A stretch of DNA of 64,000 bases from assembly GCA_905201055.1 (NCBI GenBank), contig CAJKMT010000002.1, positions 723-64,722 of the forward strand, written 5' to 3'. Shown here one piece after another: positions 30,177-40,178 of the stretch (position 1 is its first letter; each line of letters begins with the position of its first letter). The position numbers and the translations under genes are program-made. A model generated the notes under the pieces. The model was not told where the DNA came from, searched no databases, and saw nothing but the letters and a program-made list of their open reading frames with translations. The DNA comes from an uncultured Sutterella sp. GTDB taxonomy: Bacteria > Pseudomonadota > Gammaproteobacteria > Burkholderiales > Burkholderiaceae_F.

Positions 30177-31571
30177 TTAAGCAATCTTCGAATAGCCGCC
30201 CGCGCGGTCTGACTCACGAAGATAGCGGTCAAACTGCATGGCCACCGCTCGAACAAAGATCTTGCCCTTGGGGCTTACCACGATCTCGTCAGGGCTCAAT
30301 TCAACGAATCCCACCTTTTGATAGTTCTGCAGTTTTCTCAACTCGTAGGCAAAGGTTTCATCAAAATGAATGCCGAAACGCTCTTCAATTTCTGACTTCA
30401 CAACCTTAAATTGGCACATGATCGTCATAATCACGGCGTGACGCAACTGATCCTCTGCGCTTAACCGATAGCCGCGGTTTGTGGCAAGGCGCCCGGCTCG
30501 GATTGCTTCATAGTAAGCAGGAATTTCCCGAGGATTGCAGGCATAGCAATGATGAACATTACTGATGGCTGAGACCCCTAAAGCCACCATGTCGCAATCG
30601 GGGCGAGTGGAGTAGCCTTGGAAGTTGCGCTGCAATTTTCCCTGCTGCTGAGCAATCGCCAGTTCATCGGTAACCTTGGCGAAGTGATCCATGCCGATGT
30701 AGCGATAGCCGTTTTGAGTCAATCGCGTGATGGCGTCCATCATGATATGCACCTTTTCAACCGTACCCGGCAAATCCGCATCCAAAATTCTGCGCTGAGG
30801 CGGGAAGTGATGCGGCAGGTGAGCATAGTGGTAAAGCGCAATACGATCCGGCGACAATTCAAGTACCTGATCAAGCGTCTTTTCAAAAGTCTTTCGCGTC
30901 TGCTTCGGTAAGCCGTAGATCAAATCCATATTGATGGAGTGAAAACCGGCTTCGCGTGCTGCCAGCATCGTCTCTTGAGTCATCTCAAAGGGCTGGATGC
31001 GATTGACGGCTTTTTGAACGTCGGGATTGAAGTCCTGAACACCCAGACTCATCCGATTCAAACCCACTTTGGCAAGCGTCTGAACTTTATCGGGCGGGCA
31101 CGTTCTGGGGTCGACTTCCATCGAAAATTCGCCGCCTTCTTCAAGCGGGAAACGACTCGTGATGAGATGCATCACGCGTTCAATTTCTTCGTTATTGAGG
31201 AACGTGGGCGAGCCGCCTCCGAAGTGAAGCTGGCTGACAGCCGTTTTGCCCGTAATCTTTTGCTTAACAAGATCAATCTCGCGATCAAGCACGTCGAGAT
31301 ATTCCGCGCTCTTACTGTGGTCACGCGTCACCTGTTTATTGCAGCCGCAATAAAAGCACACGTCATTGCAAAACGGAATATGCACGTAAAGGCTCAGGGG
31401 CTTATCGGTCTGACGATTTGCCAATGCCTCTTCATAGTCAGCCACACCGAAATTTTTATTGAAGCGGTCCGCTGTCGGATAAGAGGTATAGCGGGGCGCC
31501 GGTACGTCAAACTTCTGAAGCAATTCAATGGACGGCAATTCCACTCCGGTTAAATTCGGATCTGTCAACAT
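30177..31571 (-). CDS. hemN: Oxygen-independent coproporphyrinogen III oxidase
   Basis: PRYTSYPTA, YVHIPFCNDVCFYCGC, HFGGGSP, YIGMDHF, QRNFQGY. Confidence 0.95.
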   Translation of the reverse strand: MLTDPNLTGVELPSIELLQKFDVPAPRYTSYPTADRFNKNFGVADYEEALANRQTDKPLSLYVHIPFCNDVCFYCGCNKQVTRDHSKSAEYLDVLDREIDLVKQKITGKTAVSQLHFGGGSPTFLNNEEIERVMHLITSRFPLEEGGEFSMEVDPRTCPPDKVQTLAKVGLNRMSLGVQDFNPDVQKAVNRIQPFEMTQETMLAAREAGFHSINMDLIYGLPKQTRKTFEKTLDQVLELSPDRIALYHYAHLPHHFPPQRRILDADLPGTVEKVHIMMDAITRLTQNGYRYIGMDHFAKVTDELAIAQQQGKLQRNFQGYSTRPDCDMVALGVSAISNVHHCYACNPREIPAYYEAIRAGRLATNRGYRLSAEDQLRHAVIMTIMCQFKVVKSEIEERFGIHFDETFAYELRKLQNYQKVGFVELSPDEIVVSPKGKIFVRAVAMQFDRYLRESDRAGGYSKIA

Positions 31572-31595
31572 GGGTTTATCCTAAATTTCAGCAAT

Positions 31596-31609
31596 TTGAT
31601 TTGAATTAA
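31596..31609. promoter_or_regulatory. FNR box candidate
   Basis: TTGAT-ttga-ATTAA, one mismatch to TTGAT-N4-ATCAA. Confidence 0.6.
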
Positions 31610-31635
31610 ACTTCTGCTATCATTTCACAATCTAT

Positions 31636-31653
31636 TTTTGACGTAAGTCAAAA
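31636..31653. promoter_or_regulatory. FNR/ANR box candidate
   Basis: Palindrome TTTTGAC-gtaa-GTCAAAA in the hemN-fnr divergent promoter. Confidence 0.75.
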
Positions 31654-31776
31654 GTAAATCGTAAATAGCGGCAACGTTCACATTGTGCACGGAAATTATT
31701 ACAGCAAACTGAAGCGGTTTGCATAAATCACTGCCGCTGATTTCGGTTGTTTTAATTCAATTAGTAGATTGCATCC

Positions 31777-32532
31777 ATGTCGACTTTGTCACCGAATATC
31801 TCCGCAATCCCCTCCCTCAGGGTAAGTTGCTCACATTGCAACCTTCGCGAGCATTGTGTCCCCCTCGGTTTATCGTTGCACGACATTGATCGTTTGGAAG
31901 ATTTGATTGCTTCCAGAAAGCGTATCCATCGCGGTGAACCGCTTTTTCGAGCCGGAGACCGCTTTGAAGCCATTTATGCCATTCGCCTGGGCTTTTTAAA
32001 AAGCTCTGTGATGAGCAGTGACGGACGCGAACAGGTCACCAATTTCCACATGTCCGGTGAATTGATCGGCTTGGACGGCATTGCCAATGAAGTGCATTCG
32101 TGTGACGTGATTGCACTTGAAGACACGGAAGTGTGCGTCATCCCCTACGAACGGATTCTCGCGGCTTGTGCCGAAATTGAAGATTACAACCTGCACTTTC
32201 AAAAAGTACTCTCCCGCGAAATTGTGCGCCAGCACGGTCTCATGCTTTTGTTGGGCTCCATGCACGCCGAAGAACGTCTCGCGGCATTCCTTTTAAACCT
32301 CTCTCAACGCTTCGAATCACGCGGCTACTCGCGAACAGAGTTTGTTTTGCGCATGACGCGTGCCGAAATCGGTTCTTATCTTGGCTTAAAACTTGAAACC
32401 GTAAGCCGGGTTTTGTCTCGTTTTTCGCACGACAATCTCATCTCCGTGAACCAAAAACATGTTCACATTATTGATGCCGAGGGACTTCGTGCGATTGTTT
32501 CCGGTCAATCCCCGGAACTGATGCACGAATAA
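31777..32532 (+). CDS. fnr: FNR-type O2-sensing regulator
   Basis: CSHCNLREHC plus EVCVIP Fe-S cysteines; recognition helix GLKLETVSR. Confidence 0.95.
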   Translation: MSTLSPNISAIPSLRVSCSHCNLREHCVPLGLSLHDIDRLEDLIASRKRIHRGEPLFRAGDRFEAIYAIRLGFLKSSVMSSDGREQVTNFHMSGELIGLDGIANEVHSCDVIALEDTEVCVIPYERILAACAEIEDYNLHFQKVLSREIVRQHGLMLLLGSMHAEERLAAFLLNLSQRFESRGYSRTEFVLRMTRAEIGSYLGLKLETVSRVLSRFSHDNLISVNQKHVHIIDAEGLRAIVSGQSPELMHE

Positions 32533-32545
32533 AAAGAGGTTTTCG

Positions 32546-34066
32546 TTGAAGGCTATTAAGCACCTTGCCGTTATCATCGCCGGGCTGGGGTGGTCTCTGA
32601 GTGCGCCCGCATCGGACTACGTTGATTTGCTCGCAGACCTGCCGCCGATTGAAGACGAATTGGTGAAAGCTGTCGAGCTTCGCGAAGCTCAACGCACGCG
32701 CGTCAATCCCGACGACACCATTTGGGTGACCATACGCCGCGGCTTCGGTCTATCAGATTTGCCTCAAAACGTTGTTGATCGGGAACTTCAGCGCTACACG
32801 CGTGCCCTGCCTTACACCGAACAGATGGCCTTTCGGGCCCGCATGTATCTCTACTTTATCGTCTCTGAAACTCAGAAAAGAGGCATGCCCACGGAATTGG
32901 CACTTTTACCCTTTGTGGAAAGTGCTTTTCAGCCTGAAGCTCTGTCTCGCTCCAAAGCGGCGGGACTTTGGCAGTTTTTACCGTCAACCGGCGACATTTT
33001 TGACTTAAGACAATCAAGCTGGCGTGACGACCGGCTCGACGTGATTGAAAGTACCCGAGCCGCGCTCGATTACCTTCAGTACCTTCACAATCAGTTTGAA
33101 GACTGGCACCTGGCACTGGCTGCCTACAACTGCGGCGAAGGCTACATTCGGCGTGCGATTGCCGCCAACAAAGCCAAGGGCAAACCCACGGATTTTATGA
33201 GTCTGCCGCTGCCTGCGGAAACATCCCGTTATGTCCCTAAGCTTCTGGCAATTAAAAAACTGATTGAAAATCCCGAGCAGTACAACCTGAAACTGCCCGC
33301 GATTGCCAACGAACCGTATTTTGTCCGAGTCAACAAAAACCGCGACCTTGATCTTGAAACCGCAGCACAGCTCGCAGAGACCGATCTGGAAGAGTTTCGG
33401 CTTTTAAACCCGAGCTTTAACCGCCCGGTCGTTGTGGCTGCCCATCAGGGCTCAATTCTCATTCCTGCAGCCAAAGCCGACACTTTTGTCTCAAACCTTA
33501 TCAATTGGCAAGCCACCGGAAAGCCGCTCTCAAACTGGTCCACGCATACGGTAAAAAAAGGGGAAACGCTCAAAGCGATCGCCAAGCGATACTCGATGAC
33601 AGAGGATGAGCTCCGCGCCGCCAACAAAATCCCCAAAAACCGACGCGTGCAAATCGGCAGCACTATTTTGGTCAAAGACGCTCAATCCAACCACGATATT
33701 CAAGTGGCAGAAGCGGATTCAGCCATGCGGCTTGTGCCCCTGCCGACAACTCGCACCATTACTTATCGTGTTCGAAGCGGTGACACTTTGTCAACGATCG
33801 CGACACGATTTGGTGTCAAAACAGCCGACATTCGTAAACAAAACCGACTCAAAAACAATACGATTAAGGTCGGACAACGGCTTCGTCTGACCGTGCGCGA
33901 AGTGCAGCGAGCCGGTCTTCGCAAAACCGTCTACCGCGTCAAAAGCGGTGATACCCTCTACACGATCGCCTCACGGCACCGCACCAGTGTGAGCGCCATC
34001 ATGGACGAAAACCGCTTGCAGTCCAAAAATCTTAAACCCGGTCAACGCTTGGTGATTCCTCATTAA
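32546..34066 (+). CDS. mltD: MltD-like lytic transglycosylase with three LysM domains
   Basis: LPFVESAF, AAGLWQF, LAAYNCGEG, ETSRYVPKL; LysM repeats VKKGETL, VRSGDTL, VKSGDTL. Confidence 0.88.
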   Translation: MKAIKHLAVIIAGLGWSLSAPASDYVDLLADLPPIEDELVKAVELREAQRTRVNPDDTIWVTIRRGFGLSDLPQNVVDRELQRYTRALPYTEQMAFRARMYLYFIVSETQKRGMPTELALLPFVESAFQPEALSRSKAAGLWQFLPSTGDIFDLRQSSWRDDRLDVIESTRAALDYLQYLHNQFEDWHLALAAYNCGEGYIRRAIAANKAKGKPTDFMSLPLPAETSRYVPKLLAIKKLIENPEQYNLKLPAIANEPYFVRVNKNRDLDLETAAQLAETDLEEFRLLNPSFNRPVVVAAHQGSILIPAAKADTFVSNLINWQATGKPLSNWSTHTVKKGETLKAIAKRYSMTEDELRAANKIPKNRRVQIGSTILVKDAQSNHDIQVAEADSAMRLVPLPTTRTITYRVRSGDTLSTIATRFGVKTADIRKQNRLKNNTIKVGQRLRLTVREVQRAGLRKTVYRVKSGDTLYTIASRHRTSVSAIMDENRLQSKNLKPGQRLVIPH

Positions 34067-34156
34067 GGACGCACTTTCAGAACCGCAACTTCAAAGTTTC
34101 TGACGCTTTAGTTAAAATCACCCCGTTATCACACATATTTTTAGAGTGAGGTTCAA

Positions 34157-34948
34157 ATGGGTTTCCTTCAAGGTAAAAAGATTCTGATCACAGGGATCGT
34201 CTCCAATCGTTCCATCGCCTACGGCATTGCCAAGTGCTGCCATCGTGAGGGGGCGGAACTTGCGTTTTCTTACGCCAACGAACGCTTCAAGGATCGTGTC
34301 GCCGGCTTTGCCGCCGATTTCGGCAGTGATTTTGTGCTTCAGATGGATGTATCCAACGACGAACAAATCAATAACACGTTCGCTCAAATTAAAGAACGCT
34401 GGGGATCTTTGGACGGACTCGTTCACTCGATCGGCTTTGCGCCGCGCGAAGCGATCGCTGGTGATTTTCTTGAAGGTTGCACTCGCGATGCGTTTAAAGT
34501 CGCAATGGACATTTCCGCTTACTCATTCCCGGCCATTGCCCGCGCCGCCTTACCTTTAATGGAAGGACGCGCCGGTTCCCTTTTGACTCTCACCTATTTG
34601 GGCGGCGAACGTGTCGTTCCCAATTACAACACGATGGGTCTTTGCAAGGCCGCCCTTGAAGCAAGCACGCGCTACATTGCGAGCTCTGTCGGTCCGAAGG
34701 GCATCCGCGCCAACGCCATTTCCGCGGGTCCCATCAAGACTCTGGCCGCCTCGGGCATTCAGGGCTTCTCCAAGATGCTTCATCATATGGAAGCCAACGC
34801 ACCCTTGCGCCGCACCGTAACGATTGAAGAGGTCGGCAACGTGGCCGCGTTCCTCTTGTCGGATATGGCCAGCGCCGTCACCGGTGAAATCATTCACGTT
34901 GACGGAGGCTTCCACAGCGTGGCCATCGGTTCGGAAGGCCAAGAATAA
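34157..34948 (+). CDS. fabI: Enoyl-ACP reductase
   Basis: SNRSIAYGIA, VHSIGFAP, PNYNTMGLCKAALE, SAGPIKTLAASGI. Confidence 0.96.
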   Translation: MGFLQGKKILITGIVSNRSIAYGIAKCCHREGAELAFSYANERFKDRVAGFAADFGSDFVLQMDVSNDEQINNTFAQIKERWGSLDGLVHSIGFAPREAIAGDFLEGCTRDAFKVAMDISAYSFPAIARAALPLMEGRAGSLLTLTYLGGERVVPNYNTMGLCKAALEASTRYIASSVGPKGIRANAISAGPIKTLAASGIQGFSKMLHHMEANAPLRRTVTIEEVGNVAAFLLSDMASAVTGEIIHVDGGFHSVAIGSEGQE

Positions 34949-34962
34949 AACGACATCTAAAC

Positions 34963-34997
34963 ACTGACCGGAAAGCCAATGCCTTTTCGGTCAGTTT
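34963..34997 (+). terminator. Terminator after fabI
   Basis: ACTGACCGGAAAG-ccaatgc-CTTTTCGGTCAGT-TT. Confidence 0.7.
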
Positions 34998-35010
34998 GAT
35001 TCTGTCTGCA

Positions 35011-35907
35011 ATGCAAAGAAAATCTTTTAAAACCGCCGCGGTTTTTGCCAAACGCACTGAACCCATGGGAGAAGCTTTAAAAAAGCTTCTTGACATTTTG
35101 CGTAACGAAGGCATCAGTTACCTGCTCGAAGAAAGCACCGCGGAACATTTGCCAGATGCCAAAGGTGTCAGCCTTGAAGAGTTGGGAACAAAAGCCGATG
35201 TCATTATTATGCTGGGCGGCGACGGCACAACACTGGGAATAGCCCGCCGAATGGCTCGTTTCAAACTGCCCATTATTGCCATTAACGCCGGACGGCTCGG
35301 TTTTATCACAGATTTCTCCCTGCATGAAATGGACAAAGACTTGCCGCCCCTTCTGCGCGGTGAGTACGAGATCGATACCCGGACAATGCTTCATGTGCGG
35401 GTTTACCGTGAAGGAAATGTCGTGTATACGGCAACTGCGGTTAACGACGCAGGCATCACACACGGTCGAGCAGGCTCGATGGTGGAATTTAACGTCTGGG
35501 TTGATGGTCATCCTATGGCCACTCAGCGCGCCGATGGAGTCATCGTTGCCTCTGCCACCGGCTCAACAGCTTACGCGATGGCGGCGGGCGGCCCTATTTT
35601 GCACCCGGCGCTCAGTAGCATGGTGCTCGTGCCGGTCGCGCCTCACGCGCTCACAAACCGTCCTATCGTGCTACCGGGATCCAGTATTGTCGATATCAGC
35701 CTGATTGAAGCGCGCGAGGCTTCCGCTTACTGCGACATGCAGGACTTTTTCCCTATGCAAAAGGGCGATATTTTGCGGGTCAGAGCATTACCGGACAGTT
35801 TCACGATTTTGCACCCGATCGGACACAATCACTACGACACACTTCGCCGAAAACTCTATTGGAACCTGATGCCTTCGGACAACGCATCACTTCCGATTAA
35901 AGACTAA
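35011..35907 (+). CDS. nadK: NAD kinase
   Basis: LGGDGT, INAGRLGF, AVND, DGVIVASATGSTAY; precedes recN. Confidence 0.95.
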   Translation: MQRKSFKTAAVFAKRTEPMGEALKKLLDILRNEGISYLLEESTAEHLPDAKGVSLEELGTKADVIIMLGGDGTTLGIARRMARFKLPIIAINAGRLGFITDFSLHEMDKDLPPLLRGEYEIDTRTMLHVRVYREGNVVYTATAVNDAGITHGRAGSMVEFNVWVDGHPMATQRADGVIVASATGSTAYAMAAGGPILHPALSSMVLVPVAPHALTNRPIVLPGSSIVDISLIEAREASAYCDMQDFFPMQKGDILRVRALPDSFTILHPIGHNHYDTLRRKLYWNLMPSDNASLPIKD

Positions 35908-35920
35908 CGAGTTTCAGATC

Positions 35921-37597
35921 ATGCTCACGCACCTCTCTTTAAAAGACTTCGTAATCGTTAAAGAACTGTCGCTGGAAGTGACTTCCGGCCTGACGGTCTT
36001 AACCGGTGAGACCGGTGCGGGCAAATCCATCTTAATCGATGCGCTGCAGCTGATTCTGGGTGCCAGAGCCGATAGCGTCGTGATTCGTGAAGGGGCTAAA
36101 CAAACTGACTTGACTGCCATCTTCGATATCAATGACAAAGTGTATGAAACACTGCAAAAGGCGGCATTAACGGGCGAAGACGATTTATTGGAAAAAACTG
36201 TCATCATTCGCCGCGTCATTGACCGAAACGGTCGTTCACGATCCTGGATTAACGGTGTGGCAGTTACGGCCTCTCAAGTCAAAGAAGTCGCCTCAATGCT
36301 TCTTGACATCCATGGGCAAAATGCACAGCAGTCACTGCTTAAGAGCTCCGGTCAGCTTGCTTTGCTTGACGGATTCGGAGGGTACAGTGCAGAAATAAAG
36401 AACGTCAGTTCCGCGTTCAGTTCCTGGCAGACGGCTCAAGCACAACTGAGCAAAGCAAAAGAAGATGCCAAAAAGCTTGCCGATGAGGCTGAACGCCTGG
36501 CTTGGGTGCATGAAGAACTCTCACAAATCAATCCGCAAAAAGGCGAATGGGAAGAGTTAAATGCCGAGCACAAGCGACTGGGTAATGCTCATGACATTTT
36601 AGAGGCAGTCAACTCTGCCTCTGCAGAACTCTCTGATAATGACGAGAGTGCCCTGTCACTTCTGGGACGCAACACTGAAAACCTGCAGGCACTTGCCCAA
36701 TATGATGAAAAATTGGGAGACATTGCTTCTCAGCTTGCTGATGCTCAAGCGATTTTGGAAGATGCTGTCAGAGAACTTGAGCGTTACCGAGACCGCACGG
36801 ACCTGGATGAAAGCCGATTTGAAGAGATTGACGCCCGTGTCTCGCTTTACTTCAACGCTGCGAGAAAATTCCACACACTGCCCGAGGTTCTTTTTGAAAA
36901 ATTTAATGAAACCTCTGAAAAACTCGCCGCCCTTGAACAAAATCTTGATTTAGAGACTTTGGAAAAAGAAGAAGCTGCTGCCCGTCAGACTTACATGAAC
37001 GCAGCCAAACTTTTATCCAAAAAGCGCCGCGCAGCTGCCAAAACGCTTTCCGAAGCGGTGACTGAGGCCATGCAAATGCTGTCAATGACAGGCGGTCGTT
37101 TTGAAGTGTCTCTGAACGAATGCGATCCCGGCATTCACGGCCTCGAACGTTGCGAATTCTTAGTGGCCGGTCACGCCGGTGTTCCCACGCGCGCACTCTC
37201 AAAGGTCGCCTCCGGCGGTGAACTTTCCCGTATCAGTCTGGCCATTTCTGTCATCACTTCGAAATCCACTCCGGTGGATACGCTCATTTTTGACGAAGTC
37301 GATGCCGGTATCGGCGGGGCTGTGGCCGATGTGGTCGGAAAGCTCTTAAAGAAACTGTCCTTTGAGCGTCAGGTGATGTGCGTTACGCACTTGCCTCAAG
37401 TAGCCTGTTACGGCGCTACACACTTAAAAGTTCAAAAATCCCAGGAAGGCGAGAGCACGGTGAGCCGATTGCGCGAGTTAAACAAGGATGACCGCATCGA
37501 AGAACTCGCACGTATGCTTGCCGGATCCGATGTGACAGCAAAGGCTCGTGCCAATGCGCGGGAATTAATAGAAAACGCTCAGGCCTACGAAGGCTAG
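35921..37597 (+). CDS. recN: DNA repair protein RecN
   Basis: TGETGAGKS, IHGQ, VASGGELSR, FDEVDAGIGG, VTHLPQVA. Confidence 0.96.
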   Translation: MLTHLSLKDFVIVKELSLEVTSGLTVLTGETGAGKSILIDALQLILGARADSVVIREGAKQTDLTAIFDINDKVYETLQKAALTGEDDLLEKTVIIRRVIDRNGRSRSWINGVAVTASQVKEVASMLLDIHGQNAQQSLLKSSGQLALLDGFGGYSAEIKNVSSAFSSWQTAQAQLSKAKEDAKKLADEAERLAWVHEELSQINPQKGEWEELNAEHKRLGNAHDILEAVNSASAELSDNDESALSLLGRNTENLQALAQYDEKLGDIASQLADAQAILEDAVRELERYRDRTDLDESRFEEIDARVSLYFNAARKFHTLPEVLFEKFNETSEKLAALEQNLDLETLEKEEAAARQTYMNAAKLLSKKRRAAAKTLSEAVTEAMQMLSMTGGRFEVSLNECDPGIHGLERCEFLVAGHAGVPTRALSKVASGGELSRISLAISVITSKSTPVDTLIFDEVDAGIGGAVADVVGKLLKKLSFERQVMCVTHLPQVACYGATHLKVQKSQEGESTVSRLRELNKDDRIEELARMLAGSDVTAKARANARELIENAQAYEG

Positions 37598-37630
37598 AGC
37601 GTTTTAGAGCATACAGAAAACGTCGCAAGA

Positions 37631-38071
37631 TTATTTAGCAGCGTTTTTTTCTTGGCATTCTTTGCAAATACCGTAAAGACAGAGAGTGTGGTGATCAAGC
37701 GTAAAACCGAATCGAGAAGCGATTTCCTGCTGTCTGCGTTCAATCTCCACATCTACAAACTCTTCGATTTTCCCACATTGCAGGCAAACCAAGTGGTCAT
37801 GGTGCTCCGGTTCACCCAATTCGTAGGAAGCGCTTTCCGTATCAAAGTGATGACGACGCAAAAGACCTGCGACTTCAAATTGAGTCAGCACCCGATAAAC
37901 TGTTGCGAGCCCAACATCATCGCCTTCAGCCTTTAACTGCGAGAAAACTTCATCGGCCGTGAGGTGACGCTTTTCCGTCAGAGCAGCATTTTGAAATAAT
38001 GCCAAAATACGAAGACGCGGTCCCGTCGCTTTCAAGCCCAAACTTTTTAAATCACTCTGATCGTATTTCAA
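37631..38071 (-). CDS. fur: Ferric uptake regulator
   Basis: GLKATGPRL, GLATVYRVL, HHDHLVCLQCG; TTG start after GAGGA; divergent from bamE. Confidence 0.96.
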   Translation of the reverse strand: MKYDQSDLKSLGLKATGPRLRILALFQNAALTEKRHLTADEVFSQLKAEGDDVGLATVYRVLTQFEVAGLLRRHHFDTESASYELGEPEHHDHLVCLQCGKIEEFVDVEIERRQQEIASRFGFTLDHHTLCLYGICKECQEKNAAK

Positions 38072-38284
38072 TTGTTCTTCCTCAATGACTTAAATTTTTT
38101 CTAATTCTAACCTAACTTAACAAAGGCCAATGTGACAAATTTAGGGAATTGTCATCGCTCAGTACCTTTAAAGGGAAAACCTGCTGCAGAATCAGAAAAA
38201 AATCGCATTATTCTGAGCGTAAGAGAGCGCATTAGTTTATCATTCAGGGATCAGAGACTAACGCACTGAAACGACGTGTCACTT

Positions 38285-38797
38285 ATGTACAAGAAATGTT
38301 TGCTGGCGGGCGCTGTATCTGCCACGCTCGTGCTGAGCGGTTGCGCCCAAGTTGAATCTCAATGGAACGCCTTTAACGAATGGTTTCAGCCCACTGAGGC
38401 CATTTCGTCGGTCATCAAACCTTACCGTCCCGACACCCACCAAGGCAATTTGGTCACAAAAGAAATGGTTGACCAGCTTCATCTGGGCATGACTCAGCTT
38501 CAGGTGCAATTCCTTTTAGGTGTTCCGCTGTTGCGTGATATGTTCCACCAAAACCGTTGGGACTACCTCTACTACACCAATCCTCGTTTCGGTGATCCGG
38601 AAACTCGCCGCCTGACGGTTTATTTTGACGACGAAGGTCGCCTGACGCGCTACGAATTCACCCCGATGCCTGAAGAGACACAGGCAGACCAAATGATTTT
38701 GGGCAATAAGGAAGCCTTCACGGCGGACAATTCGAATTTAACGATCATCGACCAAGCCCAAAAAGCGGCCGAGGATGTTGAAAAGAACGCTCAATAA
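38285..38797 (+). CDS. bamE: Outer membrane assembly lipoprotein BamE
   Basis: Lipobox LSGC; PYRPDTHQGN, GMTQLQVQFLLGVP, RWDY; conserved fur-bamE divergon. Confidence 0.92.
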   Translation: MYKKCLLAGAVSATLVLSGCAQVESQWNAFNEWFQPTEAISSVIKPYRPDTHQGNLVTKEMVDQLHLGMTQLQVQFLLGVPLLRDMFHQNRWDYLYYTNPRFGDPETRRLTVYFDDEGRLTRYEFTPMPEETQADQMILGNKEAFTADNSNLTIIDQAQKAAEDVEKNAQ

Positions 38798-38824
38798 TGA
38801 GAAAAAAGGACTAAGGACAAAAAA

Positions 38825-39055
38825 ATGCAAGAAAAACTGGAACTTTTAGCCGACCGTGTTCGCGCTCTTATTCAAGAAGTCAACGATTTGCGCGCTCAGA
38901 ATGAACAACTGCAGGCCCTTTTGACGCAAAAGGAAAATGAAGCCGGTCTGACTAAGGCTGAAACCCAGGAAGCCATTGAACGCCTTGATGCGCTGATTCG
39001 CTCTATCGAAAAAGCTCAGCAGACGGTTTCCAATGATCAACCGATGAATTTCTAA
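38825..39055 (+). CDS. Small coiled-coil protein, ZapB-like
   Basis: Heptad-rich 76 aa immediately upstream of zapA. Confidence 0.65.
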   Translation: MQEKLELLADRVRALIQEVNDLRAQNEQLQALLTQKENEAGLTKAETQEAIERLDALIRSIEKAQQTVSNDQPMNF

Positions 39056-39068
39056 CTGATTTTCAAAA

Positions 39069-39407
39069 ATGATGAATGCGCGTAAAACCCTGACATTGAC
39101 CATCATGGGACGTGACTATCGTCTCGCGGTGGCTCCTGAAGAGGAAGCGAATTTGCGCGCCTGCGCCGAATTGGTGCAGAGCAAGATGCAGGAAATCCAC
39201 CAACCGGGTAAGGTCTTTTCTCCTGATTCGGTTGCCGTGCTTGCCGCATTGCGCATCGCTTATGAAAATTTAATCCAGCGCCAGGCTGTTGAAGAAATGA
39301 ATAAGGCGGTTGAAGATATGAACCGCTCCAAGGGTCAGATTGACTCTTTGATTGCATTGTGTGACAACACATTGGCCGAAAAATCTTCTGACGGCAGCGC
39401 TCAGTAA
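39069..39407 (+). CDS. zapA: Cell division protein ZapA
   Basis: IMGRDYRL..EEEANLRACA...VAVLAALRIA. Confidence 0.85.
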   Translation: MMNARKTLTLTIMGRDYRLAVAPEEEANLRACAELVQSKMQEIHQPGKVFSPDSVAVLAALRIAYENLIQRQAVEEMNKAVEDMNRSKGQIDSLIALCDNTLAEKSSDGSAQ

Positions 39408-39467
39408 CCGATTTTCTTTTTTTTTGTACAGAGCGCCGCCTTTTTAAGCGGCGCTTTTGCTAAGAAC

Positions 39468-40178
39468 ATGACTGAAAATTTCCGCCCCTTAAATGACGAA
39501 GACATCAATCAGTTGGACGATCTGCTCGCCACGAGCAGCTGTGGCGACGACACTTTTGATGTCAGCATGCTCGATGGCTTTTTGTCCGCCATCGCACTTT
39601 TAAACCCTCCGCTTCAGGACGACAGCGAGTGGTATCCGTATATCTTTAACGAAGAAGGCACGCCGTGCGAAGTCGATGAGCCGGAAACCGTCAAGCGCCT
39701 GGTGACCCAACGCCTGCAGGAAATCCGTGCTTTCCAAGCCCAGCGCCATTTCTACAATCCGATTGTCTTCCCGCTTGAGGATGAAGAAGGTAAGCAGGTA
39801 ACAGGACCGGACGGCTTGGCCGCCTTGGAACCTTGGGCCATGGGTTTTTATAACGCTCTTGCGCAATACAGCGACCGCGTCAACGTGACAGAAGCCATCG
39901 AGGCTCAGCTTTGCCGCATTCATCGTTTCCTTGAGCTTGACGAAGAGGATCCGGATTATCAACAGAACCTGGCTATTCGCCGGGCTGTGGAGAAAGAGCA
40001 TCCCGTGCATTCGCTCGAAGAAGGTATGCTCGAAATGATGCAGGGCGTAATTGAAATCGCCAAGCTCAATCTGCCGAACAAACCCGTAAGCCGCGCCACT
40101 CCCAAGGTCGGCCGCAATGATCCCTGTCCGTGCGGCTCCGGCAAGAAATATAAAAACTGCTGCGGCAAAAACGCTTAA
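39468..40178 (+). CDS. yecA: YecA/UPF0149 protein with SEC-C motif
   Basis: [15 protein letters not shown]-terminal [20 protein letters not shown]. Confidence 0.85.
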   Translation: MTENFRPLNDEDINQLDDLLATSSCGDDTFDVSMLDGFLSAIALLNPPLQDDSEWYPYIFNEEGTPCEVDEPETVKRLVTQRLQEIRAFQAQRHFYNPIVFPLEDEEGKQVTGPDGLAALEPWAMGFYNALAQYSDRVNVTEAIEAQLCRIHRFLELDEEDPDYQQNLAIRRAVEKEHPVHSLEEGMLEMMQGVIEIAKLNLPNKPVSRATPKVGRNDPCPCGSGKKYKNCCGKNA

